Source: Squalus acanthias
Taxonomy: Eukaryota
Direction of reading: 5' to 3'
DNA length: 64,000 nt
NCBI GenBank assembly: GCA_030390025.1
Contig: CM059432.1
Coordinates: forward strand, 79,734,001 to 79,798,000
Shown: positions 38,301-49,850 of the stretch, piece after piece
How positions within the stretch are numbered: the stretch's first letter is position 1
How the letters are laid out: the number at the start of each line of letters is the position of its first letter
Made by a program: the position numbers and the translations under genes
Notes under the pieces: generated by a model
The model's input: only the letters and a program-made list of their open reading frames with translations
Database searches by the model: none
What the model was told of the DNA's origin: nothing

Positions 38301-40600
38301 GTCTGGACACAAATATTAGCGCCTGGTGCTAATTATCGGCACTGACTGGAAACTTCACTTTTACCGCCCCGGGAGGTGAGTGGAGCGCTAAATCAGGCGC
38401 TGCACACCTGTCTTAAGGCGCAAAGGCCAAGGAGTGAGGCGCTAACTCAGAGCGCTGGCGAAGCTCATGTAATGTCAGTCAGCAATGGAACACACACACA
38501 ATGGCACGGGCCAGTTCTTAAAGGGGATGGTTAATCTTGCTTTCCATCCACATCCTGTTCATTGCAGCCTTGAATCTCGGCCTGGAGAGACTTGCACATC
38601 AAATGTGCTGGAAAGAACAATGGAGAGTACCAGGCAAAGAGCTCAGAGTGCAGCTCCCACAGTCTCTGCTAAATCGATACAAGGAATGGCAAATCAAAAT
38701 GAACCTGCAAAGTGCTGCTCAGTACCCAAAACTCCTTCACACAACGTTGAATCTCTCCAGAAGTCTCTCCCTCTCTCTCTCTCAGAATGCGTAGTTCAAA
38801 AATGCCACCAACAATAAAAGACAGGAAGAGGCCCCCTTTAAATAGCGCCCCCCCCCAGCCCCACAGCGATTGATAGCGTTCCAGTCTTCTGGTCGTTGGA
38901 TGCGCCAGGCAGGTAAGGCAGGGGGCGCCACTCAATTTCCGCTCCGGGGCGCCACAAGGGCGTTGCACCATGGAATGACGTCACAATCTGCGCGCGCAGG
39001 TGGTCGCAGCGGTAAAGTTTAGCGCCGCCGCACAATCTCTAGTTAAGTTCCCGAGCGGCGCAAACATCGCTGCGTCCGGGCGTTAGCGGCTTTGCGCCCC
39101 ATTAGCGCCCTCTTAAGGCGCTAACGGGAGGCGCAACCAACTGAATTTTTACCCCAAAGCCTTCAGGCTTGTTTTTTTAACACTCTTAGACCTTTTAGAA
39201 TTATTATTTACTGTGGCCATGTTTGATTTACACCCTTGACATCTCTGACTGCCACTTTTGCTTTTCTCCTTCCTGTCTTTTGCTTCTATCCTTGCTTCCC
39301 TTTCCTCTGTCTCCTTGCACAGTTTCCCAACCCCCTGCCATTTTCGTTTAAACCCTCCCCAACAGCACTAGCAAACACTCCCCCTAGGACATCGGTCCCG
39401 GTCCTGCCCAGTTGCAAACCGTCCAGTTTGTACTGGTCGCACCTCCCCCAGAACCGGTTCCAATGTCCCTGGAATTTGAATCCCGCCCCCTTGCACCACT
39501 CCTCTAGCCACGTATTCATCTGAAATATCCTTCTATTTCTACTGACTAGCACGTGGCACTAGTAGCAATCCTGAGATTACTACCTTTGAGGTCCTATTTT
39601 TTAATTTACCTCCTAACTCCCTATATTCAGCTTTTAGGACCTCATCTGGTTTTTACCTATATCGTTGGTAACTATATGCTCCATGACAACTGGCTGTTCA
39701 CCCTCCCCCTCCAGAATGCCCTGCAGCCGCTCAGAGACATCCTTGACCCTTGCACCAGGGAGGCAACATACCATCCTGGAGTCTCGTTTGCGGCTGCAGA
39801 AACGCCTATCTGTTCCCCTTACAATAGAATCCCCTATCACTATAGCTCTCCCGCTCCTTTTCCTCCCGTCCTGTGCAGCAGAACCACCCATGGTGCCAGG
39901 AAGTTGGCTGCTGCTGCCTTCCCCCGATAAGCCATGTCCCTCAACAATATCCAAAGCGGTATATCTGTTTGAGAGGGGGATGGCCACAGGGGACCTCTGC
40001 ACTACCTGCCTGCACTTACTACTCTGCCTGGTGGTCACCCATTCCCTTCCTGCCTGTGCAGCCTTTACCTGCGGTGTGACCAACTGATCAAACGTGCTAT
40101 CCACGATGTCCTCAGCATCGCGAATGCTCAAGTATGTATCCATTCGCAGCTCCAGCCCCGCAATGCGGTCTGCCAGTAGCTGCAGCTGGATACACTTCCC
40201 GCACACATGGTCGTCAGGGACACAGGAAGTGTCCCTGATTTCCCACATAGTGCAGGAGGAGCATGCCACGGGGCCGAGCTGCGCTGCCATGACTTAACCT
40301 TTAATTAATTAATTTAAATTAAATTAAATCAAATCAATACCACTAATTACACTACAATTAAATGATATACTCAAGGGCCCTTGTTTACTAGCACTCCCGC
40401 TACACAACAGAGACCTTAGAAACTATAACCACAAAAATTAAGACCTTCTAAACTTCATAAACTATTAACCTTAACTGTCAAACTATGGAGTAGTATAAAT
40501 ACTCACCTGGCCGTACTCACCCAATCAGCTGCTTCCTCTTGCCCGCGTCACTTTTTGAATCGTGACGTGGCTCTGGAACACCGCCGCCGGTCTGCGTGAT
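35387..40600 (-). mobile_element. Essentially full-length CR1 LINE (5'UTR, ORF1 zinc finger and esterase, ORF2 endonuclease and RT, 3'UTR), frameshifted, with a Harbinger insertion
   Basis: ORFs 39634..40290, 39286..39552, 37517..38284, 37237..37512, 36806..37207 and 35468..36793. Confidence 0.95.
38259..39155. mobile_element. PIF/Harbinger-type element, inverted copy of 1955-2843
   Basis: TIR GGGGGAAAAATT / AATTTTTACCCC and TSD AAA. The empty site GCACAAAGCC is visible in the paralogous CR1 at 281-290. Confidence 0.9.
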
Positions 40601-40616
40601 ACACCATTACTATCCT

Positions 40617-41071
40617 AAAGAAAGAAAGACTTGCATTTATATAGCGCCTTTCATGACCACCGGACGTCTCAAAGCGCTTTACAGCCAATGAAGTACTTTT
40701 GAAGTGGAGTCACTGTTGTAATGTCGGAAACGCAGCAGCCAATTTGCGCACAGCAAGCTCCCACAAACAGCAATGTGATAATGACCAGATAATCTATTTT
40801 TGATATGTTGGTTGAGGGATAAATATTGGCCAGGACACTGGGGATAACTCCCCCTGCTCTTCTTCGAAATAGTGCCATGGGATCTTTTATTCCACCTGAG
40901 AGAGCAGTTTAACGTCTCATCTGAAAGACAGCACCGCCGCCAATGCAGCACTCCCTCAGCACTGCACTGGAGTTTCAGCCATCTTTATGTGCTCACGTCC
41001 CTGGAGTCGGACTTGAACCCGCAACCTTCTGACTCAGAGACGAGTGTGCTACCCACTGAGCCACAGCTGAC
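40617..41071 (-). mobile_element. tRNA-derived DeuSINE (SacSINE1-like), full length
   Basis: Box A TGGCTCAGTGG, box B GGTTCAAGTCC, Deu-domain TGTGGGAGCTTGCTGTGCGCAAATTGGCTGC, L2-like tail with (TTTC)n. TATCCTAA duplicated at 40611 and 42074. Confidence 0.85.
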
Positions 41072-41074
41072 AGA

Positions 41075-41896
41075 GGGCTGGATTTTGATACTGGGGACGT
41101 GATGGAGTCGGGACTCCCACTTTTTGGGTTGTAGACCCGCCTCCATCAACTTGTGGCCAACCCACTTTATTTTCACTTGATTGACCTTGTGGAGCCCGCC
41201 CAGCGAGCTCAGCAGGCCAATTAAGGGCCACCCGGCAACAGGTGACGTCACAGATTGACATTTCATCTGTCAAGAGCTTTGGACAGATGAAATATCAGCG
41301 TTTGACAGCTCTGTGAAGCTGTCAAACACTGACAATTTGTCTTCTAACTTGAGTCCTTCCTCTCAGGCTGAGTTAGAAATCATTCCAGCACAGAAAACAG
41401 AGGCTGAAACTTTTGACAGCACCACGGCCTTTCTGCTTTCTGTGCCGGTGAGATTTCTGACTCCCGAGAACTGAAGGGCTGACACCTGCAGGAGGAAGTT
41501 AAGGTAAGTAAAACTTTTTCCCACACTTTGCACTTACCTTACACACTTACCTCTGCACACATGCACCCATCACTCACCTGCCCACCGGACATATCGACCC
41601 CTCCAACCCCTGCAGACCCACGGTCCGCCTCGCTAACTTGGCGTGGTTGGGACCTCTCGGGAAGCCCACATTTCAGCTTTCAAAATAGGGATTAGGCAAA
41701 AAACTGCCTGTTAACTACCTGTTAACAGGCAGTTAATTGTCACTAATCCCCTTCCCGCCTCGGGGAGGCGGGTCCCAGCACAGGTCGGGTACCCGCCTCC
41801 AGCGAAACTGGCATGGGGTCGGGACCCCCGAATCTGCAACTTTAACCCCCCACACGCCTCCAAACCCGCCTCCACGGGTCAATGAAAATCCAGCCC
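41075..41896. mobile_element. Non-autonomous PIF/Harbinger-type element
   Basis: TIR GGGCTGGATTTT / AAAATCCAGCCC and TSD AGA. Confidence 0.85.
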
Positions 41897-43076
41897 AGAA
41901 TGTTTAACGGGGAGATCAATAGAGTTCAGGGTGTATTCCACTAAAAAATAAGAACAAACTAGCCAAGAATGAGATGGATAAGTGAAGAGGTGAGGATAAA
42001 ATTGAATCTAAAGAAAAAGGCGCACACACACTACATAAATACTATGGACAACGTAGCAAGAGAGAACAGCTGATATCCTAATATCCTAGTCTATATTGGG
42101 ATAATTGAAGTCCCCCATTATCACTACTCTGTAGTTCTTGCATCTTTCTGTAATTTGCCTGAAAATTTGCTCCTCAATCTCCTTCCAACTATTTGGTAGC
42201 CTATAGTATACACCCAGGAGCATAATAGCTCCTCTATTCCTTAATTCTTACCAAATGGATTTTGTCTTTGACCTCTCAACTACATCATCACTACACAGTG
42301 CTATAATAGTTTTGTTGATCAATACTGCCACACCTGCTTTTATATTTTTTGATATTTTAATTTCAGATTTGCTCTTTGCCTTCCTAATTGGCTTTCTTAC
42401 TTTCCGAAGGTAGTCATGTTCTCTTTTGCTATGTTGTCCTTTAGTATTTATGTACTTTGTGTGTGCCTTTTTCTTTAGATTCAATTTTATCCTCGCCTCT
42501 TTGCTTATCCATCTCATTCTTGGCTAGTTTGTTTTTATTTTTTAGTAGATACACCCTGAACTCTCTTGATCTCCCCTTTAAACATTCTCCACTGTTATTC
42601 TACTTCTTTGTCAATATTTTTCTCCAGTATAACTCTATCCACACTCCCTCATAGTTGTTTTTTCCAATTTATTACTTTGATCTTTGTACTATCTATATCT
42701 CTCAATCTGTACAGATTGCTGAGTTAAATCTTTGCCCCTGCCTCCCAAAAATAAATCAAAAGTACTGTGGTGTAGGCAATATCATACAACATGTCCTTTT
42801 AAACTAATGTTAGTTGCTGAATTGCTGCTGTTCATTGTAGTTGCAAAGAATCTGAAGGTCCAATCTGCCAGAATGCACAGTTCAGAAAGGTCATTTTGCT
42901 TTGATAGTCTGATATGGCTGTATATGTATAATGAATTGTAAAGTATAAAACTGAATATATAAGGGAAAATTACCTTTTCAGAGTCAGTAATTGACATTTA
43001 TTGTCGTCCTATGATATTTTCATAGAAGTTTGTGAATTTAAAAATCAAGCCCAACATTAAGTCTTTTGTTTTGCAG

Positions 43077-43197
43077 CACAACAAATGCACATGATGCCAC
43101 TAATGTCAGAAACCTAGGTGGTGGATTCCTGCCAGAACAAAAAGCAGTTTTATCAAAAGAACGTGCACAAAGTTACCAGGACTCCCTGAAAAAACAG
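43077..43197 (+). CDS. CSPP1: CSPP1 internal exon D (phase 2 to 0), (F)TTNAHDATNVRNLGGGFLPEQKAVLSKERAQSYQDSLKKQ
   Basis: ttttgcAG acceptor and CAG|GTGAAA donor, 121 nt. Ends like CSPP1 QSYQEALQQQ. Confidence 0.88.
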
Positions 43198-43454
43198 GTG
43201 AAACTACATTAAGCTTTTTTCCATTTATGCTAATTTAGTTTGTCAATTTTCTGTCTAATTTAGTAAATGTGATTGGTCCAAAACATTTTTTCCTTTTACA
43301 TTAAGATATATAGGACATAATACACTAATTTCTTTTTAGGTGTTGTTATCTTACTAGCCAATAACAGTATTTCACAATGATGGAAACAAAAACTCATCTA
43401 CAACCTGTGAAATGTAACTTAAGGATGAAGCTTTTCCAAATAATTATAAACTCC

Positions 43455-44000
43455 ATCAGCAACAACAGCTTGCATTTATACAGCACACTTAGCGTAGAAC
43501 AAATCCCAATCATTTTACAGAAGGATAAAGGAACAGACACTGAGCCATGGAGGAAGAAATGAGGAGCATTGACCAAAAGCTTGGTTGAATATATGGAATT
43601 TGAGAAGATTTTTATAGCTGTAAAAAGAACAGGGAGGAGAGATTTAGGGAAGGAGTTCTAGAGAGTGGGGCTGTGGTGGCTGAAGGCTCTACCACCAAGC
43701 ATTGAGTGGGTTGGGTGAATGAAACGTCAAAGTGCGAGGACCAAAGGGCGCCGAGTGGATGTAAAGCTGGGGGAGGTTGCAGAGATAGGTTGAGGTGAGG
43801 CATTTGAAAATAACAATGATTTCAAATTTAATATGTTGGAGGAGTAGGAGCCAATGTAGGTCAGTGAGGATGGGGAATCGGGATGACGTGCGTGACTTAC
43901 TGCAGAATAGGATATAAGTGGTTGCATTTTAGATCGGTTGGATTCTTGGAAGCATGAGCCACCAATGATGAGGGCATTGGAGAAATCAAGGCATAGAGAC
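43455..44000 (-). mobile_element. Degenerate L2-type LINE 3' part
   Basis: Homologous to the reverse complement of 51100-51695. Confidence 0.65.
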
Positions 44001-44084
44001 AACAAAAGTATAGGTAAAGGTTTCAGCCAGTAAAATCTCATTATTATTAATGGACTAATCATGTGACCTAGTATCACTTCTAAC

Positions 44085-44219
44085 CAATGTTTCCCCTAAT
44101 TCTTTTTTGATTGTGCGGCCCATTCAAAATTTTGCGCATGCGCAAAATCTCCCATTCAAAAGCCAGTAAGCGGCCTGCGCGGGACTTCCAGACAGCTGTG
44201 CAGCTTAGCGGGAATGTTG
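44085..44219. mobile_element. Tiny hAT-type MITE (135 bp)
   Basis: TIR CAATGTTTCCCCTAA / TTAGCGGGAATGTTG. 8-bp TSD CTTCTAAC / CTTGTAAC. Confidence 0.75.
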
Positions 44220-44515
44220 CTTGTAACCTAATAACGTGATACAGGAGTGAAAGTGAACTGCCTATTCTAGTCCACCAGAACAATATGATGGAAGCAAACG
44301 TAAATTAAAATCTCTTACTCCTTCATATTAAATTTTTGATGGGCAAATGTATGGTCAATTTAAAATGAAACTTAAATGCTTTCAAAAAAGTAATTATTCT
44401 GATTTTGGGGGTAAAAATGAGTTAAAGCAATACACAAATGCTGTCTAGGGACTAGGGATACATACATTACTTTGAGCGCTGTGTAGTCCACTGGGCCTCA
44501 TGGAGGGAAGTCATT

Positions 44516-44702
44516 GGGGTAGAAATTAATCTTGGGTGGTAGCATTGAATGTATGGTATCGCATTAGCCACCTAATTATAAGTCCCGCTTGATATTCAGT
44601 TCTGTTGAAGTTAGTGGCACTGAATATCGGGCAGGTAGTATAACAGGTGCCCAATTCGATACTGCCCGTTTTACATTACTGCCCGAGATGATTTTCCACC
44701 CA
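44516..44702. mobile_element. Palindromic (fold-back) Harbinger-like MITE, 187 bp
   Basis: Ends GGGGTAGAAATT / ATTTTCCACCCA with TSD ATT. The two halves are imperfect reverse complements (e.g. GATATTCAGT / ACTGAATATC). Confidence 0.7.
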
Positions 44703-44807
44703 ATTATATGTTGGTCATACCAAAAAGAAATTTCTAAATTTTCTGGAGAAATGCAAAGTTTACAGTCACATAATGATCATAAAGGATTGTTCTTGGGACC
44801 AAACAAT

Positions 44808-44882
44808 TTGCCTGGCCTGCTGAGTTTTTCCAGCGTTGTCTATTGTTATTTCGGATTTCCAGCATCCGCAGTATTTTGCTAT
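44808..44882 (+). mobile_element. Penelope-like pseudo-LTR terminal fragment
   Basis: GCCTGGCCTGCTGAGTTTTTCCAGC...GATTTCCAGCATCCGCAGTATTTTGC, shared with 23830-23865 and 53686-53760. Confidence 0.65.
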
Positions 44883-45775
44883 CTAATTTGATATGCAAGT
44901 CAGGTATCAAAAGCAAATATAAAACTCATCAAAGTTGGAAGGCTTTAGCTTGAAAAGGAAAATTGATTTAATACAAGTTGCTCGTCTAGGAGGAAGAACT
45001 CCTTTGATTTGGAGTGTTGAAAGCCTGCTTGAATAGTCTAAGCGCAGCTATTCTGTAATTCATTTGCTTTAATAACCATTTGTTTCCATGTTACATTAGT
45101 GAGACAGGGCTTTGCGGGTAGTAATGTGCTTGCGTCACATTTTCCAAAACTGTCAAAGATTCAGAAAGGATCCTAAGACACTTCGTAAATTTTGAGACAG
45201 TTTAAAATAGTATGCAAGACTTGCATTGCTAATTATTCTGCTGTTTTGCCTCTGTGTAGTTGTAATTAGATTCAATGACTGAGTTTAACCTAAATGGTGT
45301 GGTCTGACGCCATGCTGTTGTCTGCCTTCTGGAAAAGACAGGAATGCAACCTGCAGTTGTGAAATATTATGGTAAAAAGGCAATTAATCCTATGCCATGC
45401 TATTCCCATAGGCAGCATGCATAAGGGTGTATGCAGGCGATGTATGCCTGCCATTGGAAACTGCTGCGAGCATAAATAGAGAATTAGGAGGAAGCCTGAA
45501 TTGTAATAGGTACCCGACTGCAAAGAAAAATCCAAGCTGAAACCATTGAAAAACATTTGTTTTTTAAAAATTATAATGTATGGTCCACAATGCACCATAA
45601 AGCAGTACCACATATGGGTTGGAATAATGTTAATGGGACTGAAACTTGAGCATTTTATGACTTTATCAAACCTAAATTTGCTATTGGTTTATAATATATA
45701 CAGTTTCTTTTACAGCCATCACTAATTCATGATTCAGATAGTTGTGAATTTTACACTTATGCGAAAACTTAGGTA

Positions 45776-48076
45776 ATAAGAACATAAGAAATAAGAGCAG
45801 GAGTAGGCCATTTGACCCTTTTGAGCCTGCTCCGCCATTCAATAAGATCATGGCTGATCATCTACCTCATCTCCACTTTCCTGCACTATCCCCATATCCC
45901 TTGATTCCCTTAATATTCAAAAATCTATCGACCTCTGTCTTGAATATACTCAAACGACTGAGACTCCACAGCCCTCTGGGGTAGAGAATTCCAAAGATTC
46001 ACCACCCTCTGAGTGAAGAAATTTCTCCTCATCTCAGTCCTAAATGGCTGACCATTTATTCTGAGACTGTGGCCCCTAGTTCTCGACTCCCCAGCCAGGG
46101 GAAACATCCTCCCTGTATCTACCCTGTCAAGCCCTGTAAGAATTTTGTATGTTTCAATGAGATCACCTCTCATTCTTCTAAACTCTCGAGAATATAGGCC
46201 TAGTGTACTCAATCTCTCCTCATAGGACAATGCCCCCATCCCAGGAACCAGTCTGGTGAACCTTCGTTGCACTCCCTATATGGCAAGTATATCCTTCCTT
46301 AGGTAAGGAGACCAAAACGACACAATACTCCAGGTATGGTCTCACAGGGCCCTATATAATTGCAGTAAGATGTCTTTACTCTTATACTCAAAACCTCTTG
46401 TAATAAAGGCCAGCTTACCATTTGCTTTCTTAATTGCTTGCTGTACCTGCATGTTAACCTTCAGTGATTAGTGTACAAGGACACCCAGGTCCCTCTGAAC
46501 ACCAACATTTCCCAATCTCTCTCCATTTAGAAAATACTCTGCTTTTCTATTTTTCCTACCAAAGTGGATAACTTCACATTTCTCCACATTATATTCCATT
46601 TGCCATGTTCTTGCCCACTCACCTTAGCCTGTCTATATCCCCTTGAACCCTCCTTGCATCCTCCTCACAACTTACATTCCCACCCAGCTTTGTATCATCA
46701 GCAAACTTGGATATATTACATTTTGTTCCCTCATCCAAATCATTGATGTAGATTGTGAATAGCTGAGGCCCAAGCACTGATCCTTGCGGTACCCCACTAG
46801 TTACAGCCTGCCGACCTGAAAATGACCCGTTTATTCCTACTCTCTGTTTTCTGTCCGTTAACCAATCCTCAATCCATGCTAGTATATTACCCCCAATCCC
46901 ATGACCCCTAATTTTGTTTAATAACCTCTTGTTTTGCACCTTATCAAATGCCTTCTGAAAATCCAAATACACCACATCCACTGGTTCCCCCTTATCTATT
47001 CTGCTAGTTACAACCTCAAAAAACTCCGAACAGATTGGTTCCTCAACATACTGATCTAGAGAACTATCTTGTATACCTTCCATGAATTCATTCTCCACAC
47101 TATTACTGCAAATTTGGTTTGCCCAGTCTATATGTAGATTAAAGTCCCCCATGATCACTGTAATAGCCTTGTTACATGCGCCTCTAATTTCCTGATTTAT
47201 ACTCTGCCCAACATTACAACTACTGTTTGGCGGCTTATAAACTACTCCCACCAATGTTTTCTGCCCCTGGCTGTTTCTTAGCTCCATCCAAACTGATTCT
47301 ACTTCTTGATTTTCAGAGCGAAGATCCTTTCTCTCTACTGTCTTTATCCCATCCTTTATTATCAGGGCTACCCCTCCTTTTCCATTTTGCCTATCTCTTC
47401 TAAAAGTTAAGTATCCTGGAATATTTAGTTTCCAACCTTGGCCACTTTGCAACCACGTCTCCGTAATGGCTATTAGATCAAACCTGTTAATTTCTATCTG
47501 CGCTACTAATTCATCTATTTTGTTGCGAATGCTTCGCACATTCAGATATAGTGCCTTCAGCTTTGACTTATTTTTATTTTTCCCTGATGTCACCTTAGTC
47601 ACCGATGCCTCATTACCTTTGTTACTCTCTCTATCCCTTCCTGACCCACTCTGCTTATTTTTACCCAAAACTCTACTCTGCTCTAGAGCCTTGGCATTTC
47701 TCTCGCTGCTTTTAAACTTACTCTTTCCTGAATCCTCCCACCCCCCCCCCTTCATTAGTTTAAAGCCCTGTCTACTGCCCTAGTTATTCGGTTCACCAGG
47801 ACACTGGTCCCAGCCTGGTTTAAGTGGAGCCCATCCCAACGGAACAGCTCCCTCTTTCCCCAGTACTGGTGCCAGTGCCCCATGAACTGAAACCCCTTCC
47901 TCCCACACCACTCTTTGAGCCGCGCATTTAAACCTCTAATCTGTTTGTCCCTATGCCAATTTGCGCATGGCTCCCGTAACAATCCAGAAATTATTACCTT
48001 TGAGGTTCTGCTTCTTAATTTGAATCCTAGCTCCTCAAACTCCCTCAGCAGAACCTCATTCCTAATTCTACCTATG
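45776..48076 (-). mobile_element. CR1 LINE with internal deletion fusing endonuclease to RT in frame (ORF 46619..47755) plus an ORF1 esterase tail
   Basis: DQYVEEPI|CSEFFEVV junction. Closely related to the undeleted copy at 59087-62392. Confidence 0.9.
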
Positions 48077-48160
48077 TGCTGTCCCCATTTGTACTGTCTT
48101 CAGCTGATTTTTTAAATGCGATTAGACAATTATTCTTAAATACTTGATGTCTTTATACAG

Positions 48161-48308
48161 ATGCAAGAAAGAGAGGAGAGGAAGAGAAAAGAAAAGGAAG
48201 AAACTGAGAGATATGATGCAAAACTTGAGCAAGAAATGAGAATTTACAATCCATGGGGAAGAGGAGGAGGAGGTGCACCTCTCAGAGATGCAGAAGGAAA
48301 TCTGCTAA
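48161..48308 (+). CDS. CSPP1: CSPP1 internal exon E (phase 0 to 1), [49 protein letters not shown]
   Basis: atacAG acceptor and GTATGA donor, 148 nt. Carries the highly conserved CSPP1 YNPWG(K/R)GGGGAPLRD motif. Confidence 0.95.
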
Positions 48309-48862
48309 GTATGAGATTGAAATTTTTTTTCTTGGTGCAATTTTGTGCTGGTCAAGTTGAGGAATATAATTGTGAGGGAGTAGTATACTTGGCTATTTTG
48401 TATACTGTGTCCCACCATTGAACAGTCTCAAGTCAGGTATAGCATGAATCAGAATAAAGTTACCTGTACTTTGCCCAATAAGCCATCTTAATCTCAACAC
48501 GAGAACAGTTTTACTGCATAATTTTGAATTCCAGCAACATCCATCCTTGTGGCTTTGAGCGAGGCAGGCAATTTAATTCTAATTTTTGCTGAATTATGTA
48601 CAAATTTGTGGGCTTACACCCAGAGAAATTAGGTTAAGGCTGCCCACATGTATTTGTATATAACTGAATGGAAACTTGTATCCAACCAGGTTGGGCTGGA
48701 TTTGAACCCAGAATCAGGAGGTGAAAGGAAATAACTCCGTCACCAGTTCCCCCTTTGATCCAAATCTTCTAATTAAATGTCCAAAACTGACTTATAATTC
48801 ATGATTGTGTTTTACTGTATTCTGAAATGCATTTATTTTAAATGTATGATATTATCATGCAG

Positions 48863-48973
48863 CTGATCTGAAGAAAATGCATAAGCAGAATGAATATGCC
48901 TACAGGGACTATCCTCATCAAGGAAATCAGGACTCCAGACCCGAGGTTGACACCCCTCAAGGGAAAACCCAAG
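48863..48973 (+). CDS. CSPP1: CSPP1 internal exon F (phase 1 to 1), (T)DLKKMHKQNEYAYRDYPHQGNQDSRPEVDTPQGKTQ
   Basis: atgcAG acceptor and G|GTAAAT donor, 111 nt. Resembles CSPP1 TDLNRMHRQNIDAY. Confidence 0.9.
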
Positions 48974-49220
48974 GTAAATTCATGTCCTAATGAATATTGA
49001 GAACAAATGCTAATATAAGAGATTCGCACACCATGCTAGGCAAAACTTTCCCTTTTTAATTCCCAGTGATTCTGTGCACCTTTTGTAGTGTATTGGTATC
49101 AATTGCCTTTGGGTAGTGACAAAAGGAAGACTTCCTTTTAAGATTTTTTGATGTCATTACTTTAAGGGGTGACCCTGTCCCTCCCCCACACCGAGAGCAT
49201 TGGTTTGTGTGAGAGTGATT

Positions 49221-49530
49221 GGGCTGAATTTTAATGGGAAACGCGGGGCGGGGATGCGCCGAGGTAGTTGGGAAACACGGGAGAACGGGTTTCCTGCAGG
49301 CCCTGCCGAATTTAACACGGCCTGATTTAAATGGGAAGCCTCTGTTTCTCCCAGCAAGATTGAGAGGCTGGCTGGTCCTGGCGGGCAGACCTGCGGCACT
49401 AGGCCGCACAGAGGAGGCAGGGAGGGATCGTGTGGGGGCCGATGTCGGCCTTGGGGGTTGGGGGGGGTGGTGGGTGATCGGAGGGTTGGGGGGGTGGGGG
49501 TGGTGGGTGATCGGAGGCCTGGGGGCAATA
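49221..49530. mobile_element. One-ended GC-rich Harbinger-like fragment
   Basis: Starts GGGCTGAATTTT. No matching right TIR found. Confidence 0.5.
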
Positions 49531-49850
49531 AGAGAGTGCTTAACCACCTCCCCATAACATTCACTATTGACCAGAAACTCAACTGGAACAGCCACATAAA
49601 TGCCATGGCTACTAGAGCAGGTCAGAGGCAGGGCATTCCGCAATGAGTGGCTCATCTACTGCCTTTCCAGTACCTACAAAGTACAAGTTGGGACTGTGAT
49701 GGAATACTCGTCACTTGCATGGATGGGTGCAGCTGCAACAACACTCAAGAAGCTCGACACCATCCAGGACAAAGCAGCCTGCTTGATCGGCACTTCACCC
49801 TCTAGCGTAAACATCCATCCCTTTCACCACCGGCGTACCATGGATGCAAT

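Noticed and set aside
41000..41071. tRNA-like sequence
   Set aside because: It is the head of the SINE, continuous with the Deu domain and tail, and lacks a proper acceptor stem.
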